Below are positions 62,190 to 64,000 of a DNA stretch of 64,000 nt, in pieces. Under the pieces are notes generated by a model. It made no database searches. It saw only the letters and a list, made by a program, of their open reading frames with translations, and was not told where the DNA came from. Origin of the DNA: Geosiphon pyriformis uo1 (lineage: Eukaryota > Fungi > Glomeromycota). The number at the start of each line of letters is the position of its first letter. Position 1 is the first letter of the stretch. The DNA lies in contig JAAOMT010000659.1 in assembly GCA_016748015.1 (NCBI GenBank), positions 499,222-563,221 of the forward strand, written 5' to 3'. The position numbers were made by a program, and so were the translations under genes.

Positions 62190-64000
62190 TTTTTTTGTTT
62201 CTCTAATTTTATAATCATAACCAAAACAAAGAGTAAAAAAGCTGTATCTGATATCTTTCCTGAAATATCTAATAAAATTTCAACCAAAAAAGCTTTTTCT
62301 GTTGTAAAAACAACTAAACAGAATGTTTCAAAAATCTTTTTTTTATCTAGTAATTATAAAAAGCTGTTTTTAGTAGCTACTAAAGCAACTTTTTCATCTT
62401 TGATTAGTCTTTCACCAGTCAAAGTTCTTTTAAAGAAACACAATTGGATTAGTTTTAATGTTGTCTCTACCTTCTTAAAAAGCCCAAAAATTTTTAATAA
62501 CAGATTAGTCAACAAATTGATTTTTTTTTCATAGCTTCTATACCAAGTGTTATTAGCATCTCTTTTTCAAAAAAAATGGTCAAAAAAACCAAGAGTTTAG
62601 AAAAGTGGAAGCAGTTACTTGTCTCTGTTATTGTTACACCAAACCTTTTTGTGGTTTTCAATAAAATCTTACCTAAAATTTTTATAGCATCATCTAGTAT
62701 ATCATTCAAGATAAGCCAAGATTAACTATTAGCTGTGTTGCTAAATATAGCATTTTCTGATAGATCATTACCAGTTTTAGAAGCAAAACAATTATTTTCT
62801 GTAGTGTCACCTGTTCTTGAAAACTGGACTGACTAAATGGAAACTAAATTATTTTTTCTTCTGGTTTTTGGTATTGTTATTAGTGGTGCTTGGGAAATTA
62901 TTGCTAGTTATCAAAAATTCATTAAGTAGGTGGTCTTTACTTTGGTGTCTAAAGCTACTTTTAAGATTAAATTGACTTATATTAAGGCTGTTTTTCAGTC
63001 TGTACATGATTTTTTAGGTGTAAAGTCAGTGTTAAAGGACAATGTGAAGCTTTTTTGTAGAGTTTGCTTCCTAAGTGTCTTTAAAAGCTGCATTTTTGGT
63101 TGAGCTTACAGATTTTGTTCATTTAATCTTCTTTAAAATTGCCAAGTTTCTGATGGTTTTTAAGTTTGGTTCCCTTTCTGTTACTATTATACTATGTAAT
63201 GTGTTTTTGAATATATCTGCTGCTAACATTAAGACAGCTTTCAGTATGTTTAGTAGTATTATTCATGTTGTGTTAAAGCCTGTTGACATTTGGTAATATG
63301 TGATTGTTTATTTTGAAAAGTTAGATTCTGTTATGTCTGCTTTAAATTATTGGTTAGTTTTAGTAAACAAAAATAGTATTAGAATCCTCTTTTTGGTAAA
63401 TCAAAATAAAACTATTCTGTTTTATAATAGATTTAAAACCAAGTTGATCAATCTTCTTTCTGGCTGCACAGTTTTTGAAATTAGTAATATGATTTTTCAG
63501 GTTGGAGGTCAAACATGTTTTATTTTTTGTTTTCTTGAGTTTTGTCAGTGTTTTCAGTTTGCTCTAGTTATATTTGGTTCTCAGATTAATTTGGATACTG
63601 TAGTACTTAAGATTGGTATGCTAAAGAAGTGCTGTATCTGGTAAAAAACTTCTGAAAATTGGTACTGTTTTCAGTGCCAAGATTCAGATTATTTGGCTTT
63701 GGATTGTAAAGTGTCTTTACATCTCTTTCTTAAAATTCTTAAGATGTTTATCTCTTGTGTTATTAGTAATACATTGTATGCCAAAGCTGTTGCTTCTGTG
63801 TCTCTTTTGATTGGTTCAGCTTTTTCTGCTAATGTAAAATTTGATAATTTTATGGTCTTTTCTTATTTGACTTTTTTGGAATTGGAGTTAGCCAAGCTTT
63901 CTACTTTGGTCAATTTTATTGTTAAGCCTGTTGGTTCCATGGTAAAAGTGTTTAAACAATTTGTTAATGGAAATTTGGTTTTAAGTAGTGCTCTTGGTTT
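62190..64000 (+). mobile_element. Second copy of the ORF1 element family (5' part; runs off the window)
   Basis: From 62211 translates (M)IITKTKSKKAVSDIFPEISNKIST..SKKMVKKTKSLEKWKQ..FGSQINLD..CFQCQDSDYLALDC, colinear with 47619-35681. Confidence 0.85.

Overview
AT-rich eukaryotic (fungal) genomic DNA. The TE families and intron style suggest an early-diverging fungus, probably Glomeromycotina; this is inference, not a database result. Positions ~1-48 kb are a stack of nested, C>T/G>A-eroded retroelements: five Ty3/Gypsy elements from four families (A twice, B, C, D), a solo LTR, three LINE copies and an ORF1-only LINE derivative. Positions ~48.3-61 kb are a CpG-retaining gene island with intron-containing genes: ASCC1 (KH + 2H phosphoesterase), a small low-complexity gene, and a ~950-aa Mto2/Spa18-like protein. 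A second copy of the ORF1 element runs off the window end. Most notable: (i) the A and B Gypsy elements have a three-ORF layout, namely gag-PR-Cys-rich domain-dUTPase-RT-RNaseH, then a stop, a separately initiated integrase ORF, and a conserved soluble ~220-240 aa ORF3 in the env position (D shows the split integrase, C shows ORF3); (ii) an ORF1-only non-LTR element shares its 3' UTR with an autonomous RNaseH-bearing LINE; (iii) paired LTRs diverge almost only by transitions (RIP-like or methylation-driven hypermutation).
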